A stretch of DNA of 64,000 nucleotides from Mobula hypostoma (taxonomy: Eukaryota): the NCBI RefSeq assembly GCF_963921235.1, contig NC_086122.1, positions 27,466,001-27,530,000 of the forward strand, given 5' to 3'. A program made the position numbers and the translations under genes. Below, piece after piece: positions 22,785-35,040 of this stretch. How positions within the stretch are numbered: the stretch's first letter is position 1; each line of letters starts with the position of its first letter. The notes under the pieces were generated by a model. The model made no database searches, was not told the origin of the DNA, and was given only the letters and a program-made list of their open reading frames with translations.

Positions 22785-23635
22785 TATGACTGGTTCTCAA
22801 GGGATATTGCAACTCTGATAAAGAAGAAGAGGGAGTTGTATGACGTGTATAGGAAGCAGGGAGTAAATAAGGTGCTTGAGGAGTATAAGAAATGCAAGAA
22901 AATACTTAAGAAAGAAATCAGGAGGGCTAAAAGAAGACATGAGGTTGCCTTGGCAGTCAAAGTGAAGGATAATCCAAGGAGCTTTTACGGGTATATTAAG
23001 AGCAAAAGGATCGTAAGGGATAAAATTGGTCCTCTTGAAGATCAGAGTGGTCGGCTATGTGCGGAACCAAAGGAAATGGGGGAGATCTTAAATAGGTTTT
23101 TTTGCATCTGTATTTACTAAAGAAATTGGCATGAAGTCTATGGAATTAAGGGAAACAAGTAGTGAGATCATGGAAACTGTACAGATCGAAAAGGAGGAGG
23201 TCCTTGCTGTCTTGAGGAAAATTAAAGACCTGACAGGGTGTTCCCTCGGACCTTGAAGGAGACTAGTGTTGAAATTGCAGGGGCCCTGGCTGAAATATTT
23301 AAAATGTCGCTGTCTACGGGTGAGGTGCCGGAGGATTGGAGAGTGGCTCATGTTGTTCCGTTGTTTAAAAAAAGATTGAAAAGTAATCCGGGAAATTATA
23401 GGCCAGTAAATTTAACGTCGGTAGTAGGTAAGTTATTGGAGGGAGTACTAAGAGACAGAATCTACAAGCATTTGGATAGACTGGGACTTATTAGGGAGAG
23501 TCAACATGGCTTTGTGCGTGGTAGGTGTATGGAGGGATATGGTCTGTGTGCAGGTCAGTGGGACTAGGCAGAAAATGGTTCGGCACAGCCAAGAAGGGCC
23601 AAAAGGCCTGTTTCTGTGCTGTAGTTTCTATGGTC
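22785..23635 (+). mobile_element. CR1 LINE fragment with an internal deletion joining the RT N-terminus to the 3' end
   Basis: EVPEDWRVAHVVPLFKK...PGNYRPVNLTSVVGKLLE...SQHGF, then an abrupt jump to the 3' end at about 23526. Confidence 0.9.
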
Positions 23636-24529
23636 CTGAGCAGGAATAAATTCCTGCAGCTTCAAAACTGACAGCACTGTGGGAGTACCTCCGCCCATGT
23701 TTTGGACTGGTTTAAGGTTGTAGTTCACCACACCTTTTAACCAGGGGAGGACAATAAACATTGTCGTCGCCAGCGACATACACAGCTCATGAATGAGTAA
23801 AGAAAATAAATGAATTGCAATTAGTTAAACACCTCTGCCTCTCCAAGGAACTATCATCGACAAAGCCATTCCCAGTTACTATTTTTATGTTCGACAGGGA
23901 GTTAAAATGGAATTATTCATCATTTAGCTGACAATTTATGAAGAATACATCTTTCAGACAGAGGATTGTTTTAGGCACTTTTTAAAATCTTGCATGCAGA
24001 AATCAAAAAGTAGACCTGTAAACGCAATACTATCTGCCTAAAGAAAGATGTGAAAGGAGAATAATATAAAATTATTTGAAATTAAACACAGAACTGTTCC
24101 AAATTAAATTTCACAAGGGTGTGTACATTTAAATATATTTCCTCAGTGACTCTCCCTATCCTTCTTTCTGTTTCCCTGCTTAAGCATAATATCATAGGTA
24201 TCACATGTTCTCCAGCAAAAAAGACCACAGGTTTATATAGCACCTCTCATGACCTCAGGATTTCTTAAAGTGCTTTACAGCCAATTAACTACTTTTGAAG
24301 TGTAGACAATGCTATAACGTAGGAGCCTTTCCTAACTAGCAGCACTGTGGGGATTCCTTCACCACATGGGCTGCACAAGTTCAGGAAAATGCTTCAAAAC
24401 CACCATTTGAAAGGGAATTAGAATTGGACATTACACCCCAGCCTTTCTCAGCTTTTGTCCATAAATCAAAACAATAATGTGCCAGTCTATGTATACACAA
24501 CAGGGTTCCACTAAAACAGCTATGAAATA

Positions 24530-25068
24530 CAGTACTGCGCAAAGGTCTTAAGCACATATACCGTATATAGCTAGGGTGCCTATGACTTTTTCACAGTACT
24601 GTAGTAATTTTATGCATTGCATTGTACTTCTGCTGCACAAAAAAAATTACATGACATTGGATAAAACAGATTATGATACAGGTCTCTATTATGGACTGAG
24701 AGTAAGAAAGGGGCAAGGAGAGGGGAATCATGGTTGGGGAAAAGGAAAGGGATAGGGATGGGAGTAGGGAGCACCAGAGAGACATACTGTATTGATCAAT
24801 AAACCAATTGTTTGGGATCAAATGACCTTGCCTGGAGTCTCTAGGCTGGTGTGTTTGCATCTGCCCCAACCCCTGCCCCTGGCCCTCCTTCTCTGCCACG
24901 TATCCCACACCCCTCCTGCGGCACTCCCAGCATCCTTTGCTCCCGCCAGATTTACAACTCGCTCTCTGCTCCACATTGACAAATACTGTACTGTGCAAAA
25001 GTCTTAAGCACCCTAGATATATATATATAGATATAGATATATGTGCCTAAGAATTTTGCATAGTACTC
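24530..25068 (+). mobile_element. Composite Tc1-like MITE (copy 2, most complete)
   Basis: Palindromic units at 24530-24601 and 24986-25068 flank the shared cargo. TA precedes the left end. Confidence 0.85.
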
Positions 25069-25199
25069 TCGAACAGAAAAACTGATTTAGGTAGTGTTGT
25101 TTAAGTGATCAATGATGGTCTAGTCTAGGTATTAGTATCACTGTTAACTGGCCATTTGCCACGTATGAGTTTTTAACATCAGAGAGATATTTTATTAAG

Positions 25200-25495
25200 G
25201 AAGCGTAGTGGTTATTCCTAGTGGATAGCGTAGTGGTTAGCACAATGCTTTATAGTACCAGTGACCGGGGTTCAATTCCCACTGCTGTCTGTAAGGAGTT
25301 TGTATATTTTCCTCATGACTGTGTGGGTTTCCTCCAGGTGCTCCTGTCTCCTCCCACAATCCAAAAACCTACCAGCTGGTAGTTTAATTGGTCGTTGGAA
25401 ATTGTCTTGAGATTAGGCTAGGATTGCTTGATGGTACACCTGGAAGGGCCGAAGGGCTTATTCCATATTATACCTCAATAAAATTTAAAAAATAA
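25200..25495 (+). mobile_element. tRNA-derived V-SINE
   Basis: TAGCGTAGTGGTTAG A box, GGTTCAATTCC B box, V-domain and A-rich tail. Confidence 0.85.
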
Positions 25496-25539
25496 AGCCC
25501 ATCCTGGATCTTGGAAATGAATGAAAGAAAATCTCAAAG

Positions 25540-25745
25540 TTTCAAAGATTCAAAGGTAGATTTAATATCAGAGTGTGTATACAGTATACAACCTGAAATT
25601 TATCCTCTTCACAGACGACCGGAAAACATAGAAACCCCATAGAATGATAGAGATATCGAAGCCCCAAAGACCCCATCCCCCATCCCCTCCCTTCACCCAA
25701 GCAGCAGCAAAAGAAACGAACCTTCCCCCCACCCCCCTCCATGTG
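25540..25745 (-). mobile_element. Non-autonomous retroposon 3' fragment
   Basis: TTCAAAG tail repeats, homologous to 3090-3300 and 7810-8022. Confidence 0.6.
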
Positions 25746-27657
25746 CTGAATATCTTGTTATTTCAACAGAGCAGTGAAGAACAGTGCTCTAAAGAGGAAT
25801 TGAACTGATTGGAAATTCTGCGCCCTAACCAACATATTCAAAACCTCCCCCAGAGCTTGACGTTGTTCCCTGGAAAGAAGCCCTTCTATTGTCACTAGTC
25901 ACAGCCATGCTCAGAATCAAACAAGGCTTCCACACAACATGTTAATCTGCCTTTCACATGATATCTAACCTCTGGGCATATCCAATTTTGTTAAATATCA
26001 TTTGTGGTCATCTGGAAAAAAGTAAAAAATCAATTGTAAAATAAAACAGATTTCTGATACATTTTAACTTGCTACGTACAGGGACACAAACACATTAAAC
26101 AAAAATAATATTAGATTAATGGGGGTAAATCCTTTCTCTGAAGAATTAATCAATAGTGAAAAGGAAATTTTGCAGGGTTGGCATGTGTATTAGAAGTTGT
26201 GCAGAATTTGTTGCAATTAATGTCATATCTTCACCTTTGCAAATTCTAATTGTTTAATTATTTATCTATTATATAGGGTCAGTTTAATACCTCACTGTTC
26301 TTTAATTCCAGCTGTTATTGATGCTACAGATCTGAATTATTTAACAATAACTCTTCTGGTAAAACAGAGGATTGAAAGTACATTGCCGATAATCTACAGC
26401 TAATAATATTTAATTAATGGTAAGTTATACTCTGTAAAATCTATATATATCTTCAAGGGGGCATTGCCATTTCCTGAGGCCATATTTAGGTGTGAACCCA
26501 GTGTGTTCCAAAACACTCTATTCAATTTAGCTGCTAAGTACACATTATGCAACATGATTTTCTTTTAGAAGAAATGTGACGAAATGTTCCAGCAGCATGA
26601 TGAAACAGATTTATCTGCAAATCTGTCAAAGTATTTCACAAACCAGTGTACCGGTGTAACATCTTACAAATAACATTAAACTGCTGATGTGCTGAGATAG
26701 TGATAGCTAATATAGACAGGACTCTTATTCTAAGCATGAGAATGTGTTTAAAATGATCCTGTTCACTAAATCCAGTGTGAAGTTTTGGAGTTCTCCCCTT
26801 TAGACGCAATACATAGTTTAGCATTGAACCTTTTTGTCCTTTTGATAAATAGCTTACTAAAGTTGGAATATATTTTACTTGTCCTGATTCAGGGAACTGG
26901 CAGCATAGAGTTTGCGAGATTAATAAATAAATGTTAGTTCTATAGATTGTAGAGAATATTCTTTATCCTAATGTTTTCCTATCCACCCATATCATGATCC
27001 TGTTGAAATATGAATCCACATTTCATTAATTAATATTACCACATGAATCAATAGATCATCATGGTAAACTCCTTAGAAAATACAATTTGATTGCTAATAT
27101 TGATTAAATGTCAAAAACGAAATAAAATCTACAACCAGTGGGAAATTAGGAGGCAGTCTCTGGCCAGCTGGTGACAGAGTTGTGGTGTGTTCTCCCGCGT
27201 TCCAGATTGGGGCGCAGGAGTTTACCTGTAATTCTCAGTTCAGTGCACCTCTCTGTACCTTAGACTTAGGAGTAGGTGGATTTAAATCCCACCACACTCC
27301 GGGAGCATGGTATCAGGCTTGGCACTCTAGTGTAGCCAAAAATAAGCATGGGATATTATTCTTCCCCCCCCCCCCACCCCCCACACACAAAATTAATCAA
27401 GTTCTTAGCAGTTTTAAAGGAATGCAGATTAACAATAATGTGACATTAGTTCAAGGAACAACAAAAAGACATAAAATAATTGGTCATTGCTGTGCATGGA
27501 ACAATACCTGTCATATCAGTCTATATCCCAGCAACTGCCCTTCTCTGTTATTCACGTACAGCAGTGCAGTCTTCCAAAAGGTATGTTAAAGGGCTTTACT
27601 TTATTCCCTATGCAGTTTGCACTTAATTTGAAACCTAACTTTCTAAGGAAGCTAGTT

Positions 27658-30550
27658 CAACTTTCCCTCTAATTTTTTTTTTAACAGGTGCGTGGACCGA
27701 CCATTGCTGTGAGCAGGAAATTTGTCTCCTTCTTCTTCATGTGCCTTGCGTGTTACACGCTTGGGCGATCATGGCTCTCCACCTCGAACGATCCCTCACA
27801 GCATCAATGATATCTCGTACACTTAGATCTGTTAGTTCTTTCACAGTGTCCATATATTTCTTCTTTTCCTTCCTCTACCGCGTTTCCCAGACATATGGCC
27901 TTGTAAGGCATTCTATTTCTCCCTTTCTGATGACATGGCCCAGTTTCCTCTCATTTAATGTTCTCATTAAAGATCTTTTTCTATGGGCACGTTGGAGTAC
28001 TGTCTCATTAGTTACCCTATCTCTATATGATATTTTCAGCATTCTTCTAAGAAACCACATTTCTGTTGCTTCAAAGTTTCTTTGGCGTTCTGGTGTCATA
28101 GTCCATGTTTTGGAAGCATACACCAAGATTGACCAGATGTAACGTTTTGGTAGCCTAAGCCTTGTTGTCATAGAAATGTGTCTGTTGGTAAAAATGGGTT
28201 TCATATTTTGAAAGTTGGTTTTGGCAATGGCAATTCTTCTTTTTATTTCTACTTTACTTCTAGCATCTTGTGATATAAAGCTACCAAGGTAATTGAAGCT
28301 GGTCGTTTGTTCAATCTCTTGGTTACCAATGTACATTTGGCAGTTGGGAGTATCCTGATGTTCTGATATTAACATACATTTGGTTTTTTTACAGTTGATG
28401 GTTAGACCAAAATCTGTACTTGTTTGTATTACTTTATCTTGGAGGATTTGTAGGTCTTCTGCAGCACTTGCTATTAGGGTGGTATCGTCTGCATATCTTA
28501 TATTGTTGATGTTAACACCTCCAATTTTTATCCCATCTAGGTCTTCTATTTCTCTGAGAATCTTTTCACTGTAGATATTAAATAACTCCGGTGAAGCAAC
28601 ACATCCCTGTCTAACTCTTCTTTGAATTTTAGTTCAACTGCTTATATTATCATCAATTTTTACCGCCGCCGTTTGATTCCATTATAAATTTCGAAGCAGT
28701 TGTTGGTCCCTTCCGTCAATGTTTAGTTTAGGGAGAATTTGAAATAATTTTTCATGTTGCACTTTGTCAAATGCTTTAGTGAAATCAATAAAACATAAAA
28801 AGACATCATTTTGATATTCAATTGCCCTTTCTAAAAGCATTAGTAGTATGAAAATTGCATTCGTAGTTCCTCTATCCTCAATAAACCCATATTACAGTTT
28901 AGAAGTTTCTGGCTTTAACTTGTTTTTAATTCAACTCAGAACAATTCTCAACAAAATCTTTATTATGTAACTCATAAGACTGATAGTTCTATAATTTTTG
29001 CAGTCAATAGTTCCAGGAATTTTTGGCAGAGATATAAATACTGATTTCAAGAGATTGTCAGGCAATACACCAGACTCATATGTGCCATTAAACAGTTCAA
29101 AAAGAATATCTGTGCCCAGATCTTCTAGGGCTTGTATCATTTCCACTGAAATTCCACCAGGTCCAGTGGCTTTACCATGTTTCATGCTTTTCATTGCTTT
29201 AGTTATTCCTTCTCTGGTAATAGGTGGGCCAGAATTAGGGTGTTTAATATCTGAGGGTTCCCCTCTATTATCTTCAAAAAGCTGCTCTATATACTGAATC
29301 CAACTCTCACATATTTTATCTGGATCTGTTAGTATGGATCCATCTGATGATCTTATGCATCCTGTAGGGGAGGTTTTCTTAATTCCAGTAATTTCCTTAA
29401 TTTTCTTGTGCATTTCTTTGCTGTTGTTAATGTGGCCTTCTACTTCATTGCATTTTTGATTCAGCCATTCTTCCTTTGCAATATTACACAACTGTCTGCT
29501 CTGTCTGTCTAGCTCTCTGAATTGCATTTCATTATTCTTCATTATTCTTCACTAACCTTCTTTGTTCCATCAGATCTAGAATCTCTTGGGTTCTCCACCC
29601 CTTGGTGGTGTATTGGATTTCTTGTACTGGGATTATCTCCTCTGCTGATTGCTGTATAGCATATTTAAATCTGTCCCAAATCTGTTGTTTTGCTTTCGTT
29701 AAGGTGTTCTTCTACAGCTATTTTGAATTGTTGCTTAAGTATGCTATCATTTTTAAGTTCTCCCAACATATACTTTCTCTTTTTTCCACGTTTCAGTTTC
29801 TTTAATTTTGTTTTAATGGTAGCTATTACCGGATGGTGATCTGAACCACAGTCTGCTCCTGGGTAGGCTTTAGAATTTGTGATATTATTTCTAAAGCATT
29901 CATTGGTGGTAAAGAAATTTATTTGATTCCTTGTTCTATCTCCAAGGCTAATCCAAGTACACAATCTACGTGGATGGTTTTTATACCAAGTATTGGTGAT
30001 CACTTGGTTGTTTCTGATACACCAATCAGTAAACCTTTCTCCATTTTCATTTTTCTCCCCTAATCCAAAAGGTCCTATGATGTTATCAACCCTTTCCTGT
30101 CCAACTTTGGAGTTAAAATCTCCCATGACTAGTTTTATATCCTGAGATTTACATTGCTCATAAGCACTGTCGAGATCTTCATAAAACTTGTTGATATCTT
30201 CTTCATCCACATCATTTGTTGGCGCATGGGCTTGGACTATGCTAATGTTAAAAGGGTTACCCCTTAATTTAACTAAAAGCAGCCGGTCAGATATCGCCCA
30301 ATATCCCATAAGACATTTTGATACTTGTTTGTTTAAAATAATTCCAACTCCATACATATGCTGTTGACCTCCACAATACATTATCAGAGAACTGTCAGAG
30401 GAAATTTGTACACAGCCTGAAAACTGCACGGCTCTTTAATAAAACATTATATAAAAGAGAATTCCAGCTGCACTACAACAAAGGCTATGTGCGCGGGAGC
30501 ATTTCAGTTACTGCGCGGCCACGTACCCGCTCAGCTTAGTGGCAACAGCG
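27658..30550. mobile_element. Small hAT-like MITE split by the RTE insertion (pieces 27658-27725 and 30399-30550)
   Basis: Degenerate TIRs CAACTTTCCCTCTAA / TTAGTGGCAACAGCG. The two halves meet at the RTE TSD. Confidence 0.5.
27726..30398 (-). mobile_element. 5'-truncated RTE-clade LINE (AP endonuclease plus RT, decayed)
   Basis: EN motifs VMGDFNSKVG and ADCGSDHHPV. RT motifs NYRTISLMS, RQGC, RYADDT, FNYLGS. (GAA)n tail. Perfect 11-bp TSD AGGAAATTTGT at 27715-27725 and 30399-30409. Confidence 0.95.
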
Positions 30551-30904
30551 GGCAACTTCCTCCTTATTAGAATGTAACAAGCTGGTAGAATAGGTGGGAG
30601 AGAGGAGATTAGTGGTGGAGTGAGGGGTTGTTATTTTCAGCTGTGCTTTAGGGTCCTTTGGCAGCCATTTTGGAATTAGTGTTGATGAGATTTTTGCATA
30701 TTGCTGGGAGATGTCTGGGGTAATGAGGGGCCCCTCATAACCCAAAAGCATCTCCCAGCAATACTCAAAAGTTATTAGAAAACAGAATTTCTTAATTATA
30801 AAGTCTGTCTCTAAATTAATTGTGCTACTTTTGACACAGCTTATTACTTGCGCTAAAAGTGTAGGGCTGAGGGAGAACGTCATAACAGAGCATCTGGATC
30901 ATCG

Positions 30905-31135
30905 TAGAGTCATAGAACACTACAGCATAGAAACATTCCCTTTGGCCCATCTAGTTGATGCTGAACTATTAATCTGCCTACCCGCACCTGATCCATACAC
31001 CTCCATCCATGTGCCCATCCCAATTTCTCTTAAGTGTTGAAATCAATCTCACATCTACCACCTCTGCTGGCAGCTTGTACCACACTCTCACAACCTTCAT
31101 GTTCCCCTTAAATATTTCATCTTTCACCCTTGACC
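30905..31135 (-). mobile_element. CR1 LINE 3' end
   Basis: TAGAGTCATAGAACACTACAGCATAGAAAC tail, homologous to 36158-36430. Confidence 0.75.
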
Positions 31136-31309
31136 CATTGTCATCTTGTTAACCATTGTGTCAGGTCTGAAAAAAAAACTGTCAAGCAGAGATGCCTATA
31201 ATGGCCCCTCCTGCAGAGTCATTTCTCACATCCAACACCCTGCAGATTCCATAGAATTACTGCCAAATACAGTGCCTTACATCAGCAGAATGTAACAATT
31301 CATATCTGG

Positions 31310-31823
31310 AAAAAGATCGAGAATTTCCAGAGGGGAAGGCCCCAAATTCTTGGCTTTGCCTATTGTCTGTTGCCGGGGCCGGGGTCGAAGCACTCGGCAG
31401 AGATGGTGCTCGGTGCTTGGTGTTGGACGGCTGGTCGGAGGCTCAAAGTTTTTGGATGGACTCAAGAGTCGGCTGTGGTCAGGTGCTTCCAGGGTGCTGC
31501 ATCGGCAAGTTTGCGGTGCTGGAGGTTCATAGCAGGGAGAGTTTTCTTCCTTCTACCATCTGCATGAGATGATAGGACTTTTGAGAGACTTTGAGACTTT
31601 TTTTTACCGTGCCCATGGTCTGTTCTTTATCAAATTATGGTATTGTTTTGCACTGTTGTAACTATATGTTATAATTATATGGTTTTTTTGTCAGTGTTTT
31701 CAGTCTTGCTTTGTCTTGTGTTTCTGTGATATCTTTCTGGAAGAACATTGTATCATTTCTTAATGCATGCATTACTAAATGACAATAAAAGAGGACTGCA
31801 TGTCCTCATAATCATAATCATAA
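31310..31823 (+). mobile_element. Unclassified non-autonomous non-LTR retroposon with (CATAAT)n tail
   Basis: GC-rich body, then an AT-rich 3' UTR ending GACAATAAA...CATAATCATAATCATAA. Confidence 0.5.
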
Positions 31824-31964
31824 CAATATCCTAAGTTAGTTCATGTAGAAATTCCACAGGGAGCAGATTCAGGAGATGTCTATTCCTTCAGTCAGCGCTG
31901 GCATGAAAGCCAATTCATAAAGCACTACAATAGAATACGATCGTTAATTTTAAAAAAATCCAAA

Positions 31965-32505
31965 TAAGACCGTAGGACCATAAGATATAGGAGCAGAATT
32001 AGGCCATTTGGCTCATCAAGTCTGCTCTACCATTTCATCATGACTGATCCACCTCCATCTCAGCCCCAGCCTCCTGTCCTCTCCCTGTACCCCTTTGTGC
32101 CCTGATTCAACCAAGAATCTATCAACCTCAGCCTTAAATACACCTGATGACTTGGCCTCCACAGCCGCCTGTAGCAACAAATTCCACAGATTCACAATTC
32201 CTCCTCATCTCCATTTTAAATGGATGTCCCTCTACGTATTCTGGCCTTAGACTCCCCTACCATTGGAAACATCCTCTGTACATCCACTCCATTGAGACCT
32301 TTCAACATCTGATAGGTTTCAACGACACCCCCCCCCCCCACCATTCTTCTAAATTCTAGTCACCGAGCCATCAAACGTTCCTCATATGACAAGCCTTTCA
32401 ATCCTGGAATCATCTTTGTGAACCTCCTTCGAATGCTCTCCAATGTCAGCACATCCTTGCTTAGATAAGGGGTCAAGAACTGCTCACAATACGCCAAGTG
32501 AGGCC
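31965..32505 (-). mobile_element. CR1 LINE 3' fragment
   Basis: GACCATAAGA tail repeats and LESIRRRFTKMIPGLKGLSYEERL on the minus strand. Confidence 0.8.
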
Positions 32506-32654
32506 TCTGGTTGTCCTGCGGTCATAGCAAGTAGGAAGAACAGATGGTCCAAGGTAATGAAATGGACATGGCTGGAGCCTGAAATAGCTGGGCTGCCAGT
32601 CAGAGCAATTACCATTTCATCGGGGCTGATCCATTTCCAATTGAGGGGCGATCC

Positions 32655-32912
32655 TTTAGAACAGAGGTAAGGGAGGGATTTTTTTAACCAGAGAGTAGTA
32701 AATCTGTGAAATGCTCTGCCACAGACTGCAATGGAGACCACGTCTGTGAGCATACTTAAGGCAGAGGTTGATAGTTTCGTGATTGGTCGGGTCCTCAAGG
32801 GGTATGGCGAGAGGCAGGTGTGTGGGGTTGAGTGGGATCTGGGATCGGTCATAATGGAATGGTGGAGCTGATGGGCTGAGCGGCCTGATTCTGCTTCTAT
32901 GTCTTGTGGTCT
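32655..32912 (+). mobile_element. CR1 LINE 3' end
   Basis: FFNQRVVNL*NALP, then GATGGGCTGAGCGGCCTGATTCTGC and a TCTTGTGG tail. Confidence 0.8.
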
Positions 32913-33049
32913 TGTGATTACCTCTGTTACTCCCCAGAACAGATATTGAACTATCACAGGTGTGTGCTGGGATTGGATCACAGCAAAAAGAAAGAAAGAG
33001 CAAGATAACAATTGGAAGGAGAAATGCCCCCTTACCGCACACGGACTGT

Positions 33050-33442
33050 ACCATGACCATTACGCCACTGGCAGTTAGGGCAGCAATGAAGGTCCGCCAT
33101 CTTTGGTGGCATTCCGGCCTTCCTTCATCATGTCTGTAGCTTCCTCTTTGTTTTCACTGCTGTCAATCATGCAAATTCCAGATGGAGACTCAGGAATACA
33201 GTCACACTCAGATGTAGGAGGATTCTTCATTGCTGTTTCTGTAACAATTTTGTTTTAGCCCTGAGCTGAACCCCTGAACCTGGAGGACCGGTGGACCACT
33301 CTTACTCTGGCCTCTACCCTTTGACCTGTTTGGCATGGGCGACCAGAGCGTAAAGCCCCGACTCCAGCCAACATAGCTCTCCGGATCATTGAGGCAGGCA
33401 AGTCTCCAAACCCAATGACAAGATTGTGGTCCAACTGGAGGA
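33050..33442 (-). mobile_element. Non-autonomous bipartite RTE-type retroposon, family F2
   Basis: Expander-like 5' UTR plus RTE 3' end (RWRTFIAAL). A second copy lies at 63570-63925. Confidence 0.75.
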
Positions 33443-34479
33443 CCTCACACGGATTGCAGAGACATAAAGAGGGCTCAGGACAGGCAATCTAACAAAATTA
33501 ATGACAAACAAGACGTGGGTAATTTCAAAGCTGCCATCTAATGCCTGGGTTCAGAGGATGAGAATAAACATTCTTGTGCTTTTCTGACATGATGTGAAAC
33601 CACTGATTATGCTTTATAATCACTGCCTGATATCCACTGTAAACACTAATCCCATCTTGATTGTGGTGTTTCTGATTCCATGGCAGTTATTGGTGACTTC
33701 ATTCAACAGTAGCATATACATTTCAGGCCACTTGCTCATCAGGGTATCAACAACATGCGGCTTGTGACAAAGGAGTTCAGGTGCTGACCCTTGTCCATGG
33801 CAGAATGACTCGTCAAATGCCAGTCTCCCTTTTTTTTTTGGCTTTCGCATTCTGGGTTGGGATACAATCGTCTGAAAAACAGCAGAGAGCCCGCAACAGC
33901 TTTCCTCATAGTGTTCAGGCTCCTCAGAGTTGAACAAGAGTGCCCCCTTCTGTCCCCAGTGTTCGTGTCCACCCTACAACACAGAGCAGGAATATTAAAG
34001 TCAATCTTACAAACCCTAGTGGCTAAATTCCAGGGATCAAATGCCTCGCAGGTTGAAGAAGCCCAGCTGCTTCACACTTTGTCTCATGCATAATAAATGC
34101 TTAAGAATGCTTCTAGAATGTAATTTGTTGTTTGTTAATGTATTTGTGGTAATATTAATTCATGAGTTGTACGTAAGTTGTATGTACTGTGGTGTGGAGG
34201 AACGTTGTTTTGCTTGCAGATGTACATGTGTACGGTGGAATAGCAATAACCTTGAACTTGAACCTGCAGATTATTGGACAATATGAACCCTGCACTTCAA
34301 AACATATGTAATACTGATACATCAAGGCAACTGCACTTACTGGCCTCTCGTTATGAAACAAACTTATAATTATTTTTATCAGGAGAGTTTTGAAAAGCAA
34401 TTTGGGTACAGTAGGCCACTACTCTTGTAATTTAAACAAGCTAACTGATGAAGAGTCCCTGGACTGTACTGCTTTATGT

Positions 34480-34625
34480 TCTATGAGACCCTTCATCCAT
34501 ACTGGGTTGGACTTAAATTGGCTTATTTGCAAAGATCAAGAGAGTCCTGATGGAAGGTCTTGACATAAAACGTCAACTGTTCATTTCCTTCCATAGACGC
34601 TGCCTGGCCTGCTGAGTACCACCAG

Positions 34626-34665
<40 letters not shown>
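34480..34665 (+). mobile_element. PLE pseudo-LTR with decayed hammerhead, ending in a (TG)n microsatellite
   Basis: AGTC-CTGATGG...AAACGTCAACTG...ATAGACGCTGCCTGGCCTGCTGAG, with (TG)n at about 34628-34663. Confidence 0.7.
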
Positions 34666-34894
34666 CTGTCTGCAGAGAGTTGAGATCCCACTCTGGCACC
34701 GTGTGATTTTAACCCAGACTGAAAAGAAGAAATTTGGAACTCCATAAAACATATTGCTAACATAATCTGTTTTGTTTACTAATGTCCTTCAGGGGTGGAA
34801 ACCTGCTATCCTTTCCTTATTCGATCTCTATGTGAGTGCAAACGATACGTAACTCCCCAATGTAGTCAACTGCCCACTCAAGGGGCAACTAGGT

Positions 34895-35040
34895 GGTGGC
34901 ATCCGTTAGTCTCGCGAGACCATGGATCTGTGCTTGGAAAGTCTTGCTTCAGTCTGTGTTAGAGCAGCATCTGTGTGGCTGTAGAGGCCCACACGGAAGT
35001 GACAGTCTCGGCTGCAGCGACTGCATTGAAGGCACCGTCC
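34895..35040 (-). mobile_element. Retroposon fragment sharing its 3' tail with the SINE at 50033-50348
   Basis: GGCATCCGTTAGTCTCGCGAGACCATGGATCTGTGC is almost exactly the reverse complement of about 50307-50342. Confidence 0.65.

Noticed and set aside
24337-24360. TAGCAGCAC resembling a miR-15/16 seed
   Set aside because: The rest does not match a mature miRNA, no hairpin is evident, and it resembles the repeat-like sequence at about 23670.
30399-30429. Apparent start of the RTE ORF (MQFSGCVQ)
   Set aside because: It lies in or beyond the TSD, within the host MITE. The RTE is 5'-truncated at 30398.
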